NCBI GenBank assembly: GCA_963845565.1
Contig: CAWJSJ010000002.1
Span: 2,432,001 to 2,496,000 of the forward strand
Source of the DNA: an uncultured Methylomirabilota bacterium
Lineage (GTDB): Bacteria; Methylomirabilota; Methylomirabilia; Methylomirabilales; 2-02-FULL-66-22
DNA: 64,000 bases
Reading direction: 5' to 3'
The notes under the pieces are model-generated. The model searched no databases. It was not told where the DNA came from and worked only from the letters and a program-made list of their open reading frames with translations. Shown here piece after piece: positions 63,385 to 64,000 of the stretch. Position 1 is the first letter of the stretch. Every line of letters starts with the position of its first letter. The position numbers and the translations under genes are program-made.

Positions 63385-64000
63385 TCAAAACAGGACCACG
63401 GACAGGACGACCCCGACGCCGACAACGATGAGGAGATCCACCTTCATCATGAGCGCGACCCACGCCGCCCCCATGAGTCCCCAGGTTCGCCAGTCCTGGA
63501 GAGCCTCCCGGCCAAAACCATACGCCACCAAGAGCAACATCCCAAGGAACGCCGCCAGGATACCCCGGACCATCGCCTGGACGAGCCGCAGGCGCTTGAT
63601 CCGGTCGTAATAGGGGGCCAGCGTGGCGACCATCAGGAACGACGGGAAGAACACCGCCATGGTGCCCAGGAGCGCCCCCACGATCCCGCCGGCCTTGTAC
63701 GCCACGAAGGTTGCCGTGATCACGATCGGACCCGGCGTGACCTGTCCGAGTGCGATACCGTCCATGAACTCTCGCGTGGTCACCCACCCGAAGCGGTCCA
63801 CGACCTCTCGCTGGATGAGGGGAATGGTCGTGAAGCCCCCTCCAAAGGCCATGAGGTCAACCTTCATGAAAACGAGATTCAGCGCGGACAGCGTGGGCGC
63901 GAAGGCGAGCGGAAGCAGCAGGATACACCCGGCCACCGCTCCCGCAACGAGCCAGTTTCGGGCGGTCATTGGCTCCCACCTTTTCCTGGAGAAGCGGGGC
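63385..64000 (-). CDS. chrA: Chromate transporter ChrA, C-terminal part (frame open to window edge)
   Basis: AFGGG, EFMDGIALGQVTPGP, F.PSF. Confidence 0.88.
   Translation of the reverse strand, partial: PRFSRKRWEPMTARNWLVAGAVAGCILLLPLAFAPTLSALNLVFMKVDLMAFGGGFTTIPLIQREVVDRFGWVTTREFMDGIALGQVTPGPIVITATFVAYKAGGIVGALLGTMAVFFPSFLMVATLAPYYDRIKRLRLVQAMVRGILAAFLGMLLLVAYGFGREALQDWRTWGLMGAAWVALMMKVDLLIVVGVGVVLSVVLF

Overview
GC-rich bacterial window with about 60 CDSs and no rRNA, tRNA or CRISPR array. The gene style suggests a Methylomirabilota/NC10-like or deltaproteobacterial genome; that is an inference. Left to right: a Dif-like chemosensory cluster with larE; several sugar/polyol catabolism operons; fur-katG (katG frameshifted) and sod; many stand-alone enzymes; and a right-hand sulfur/chalcogen-handling region (TolC-MFP-RND, DUF2892, a Cys-rich protein, CoA-disulfide reductase-rhodanese, a split YeeE/YedE pair, chromate transporter). 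The main result is three in-frame UGA codons in that region, each followed by a bacterial SECIS-like hairpin. Two replace the conserved Cys of the two YeeE/YedE subunits. The third lies in a 50-aa single-TM ORF inside the RND operon that the ORF track misses. Together they suggest a selenoprotein-equipped membrane transport system. Two MITE-like repeat families (5 copies each) are also present, and 7 of the 10 copies coincide with gene stop codons.
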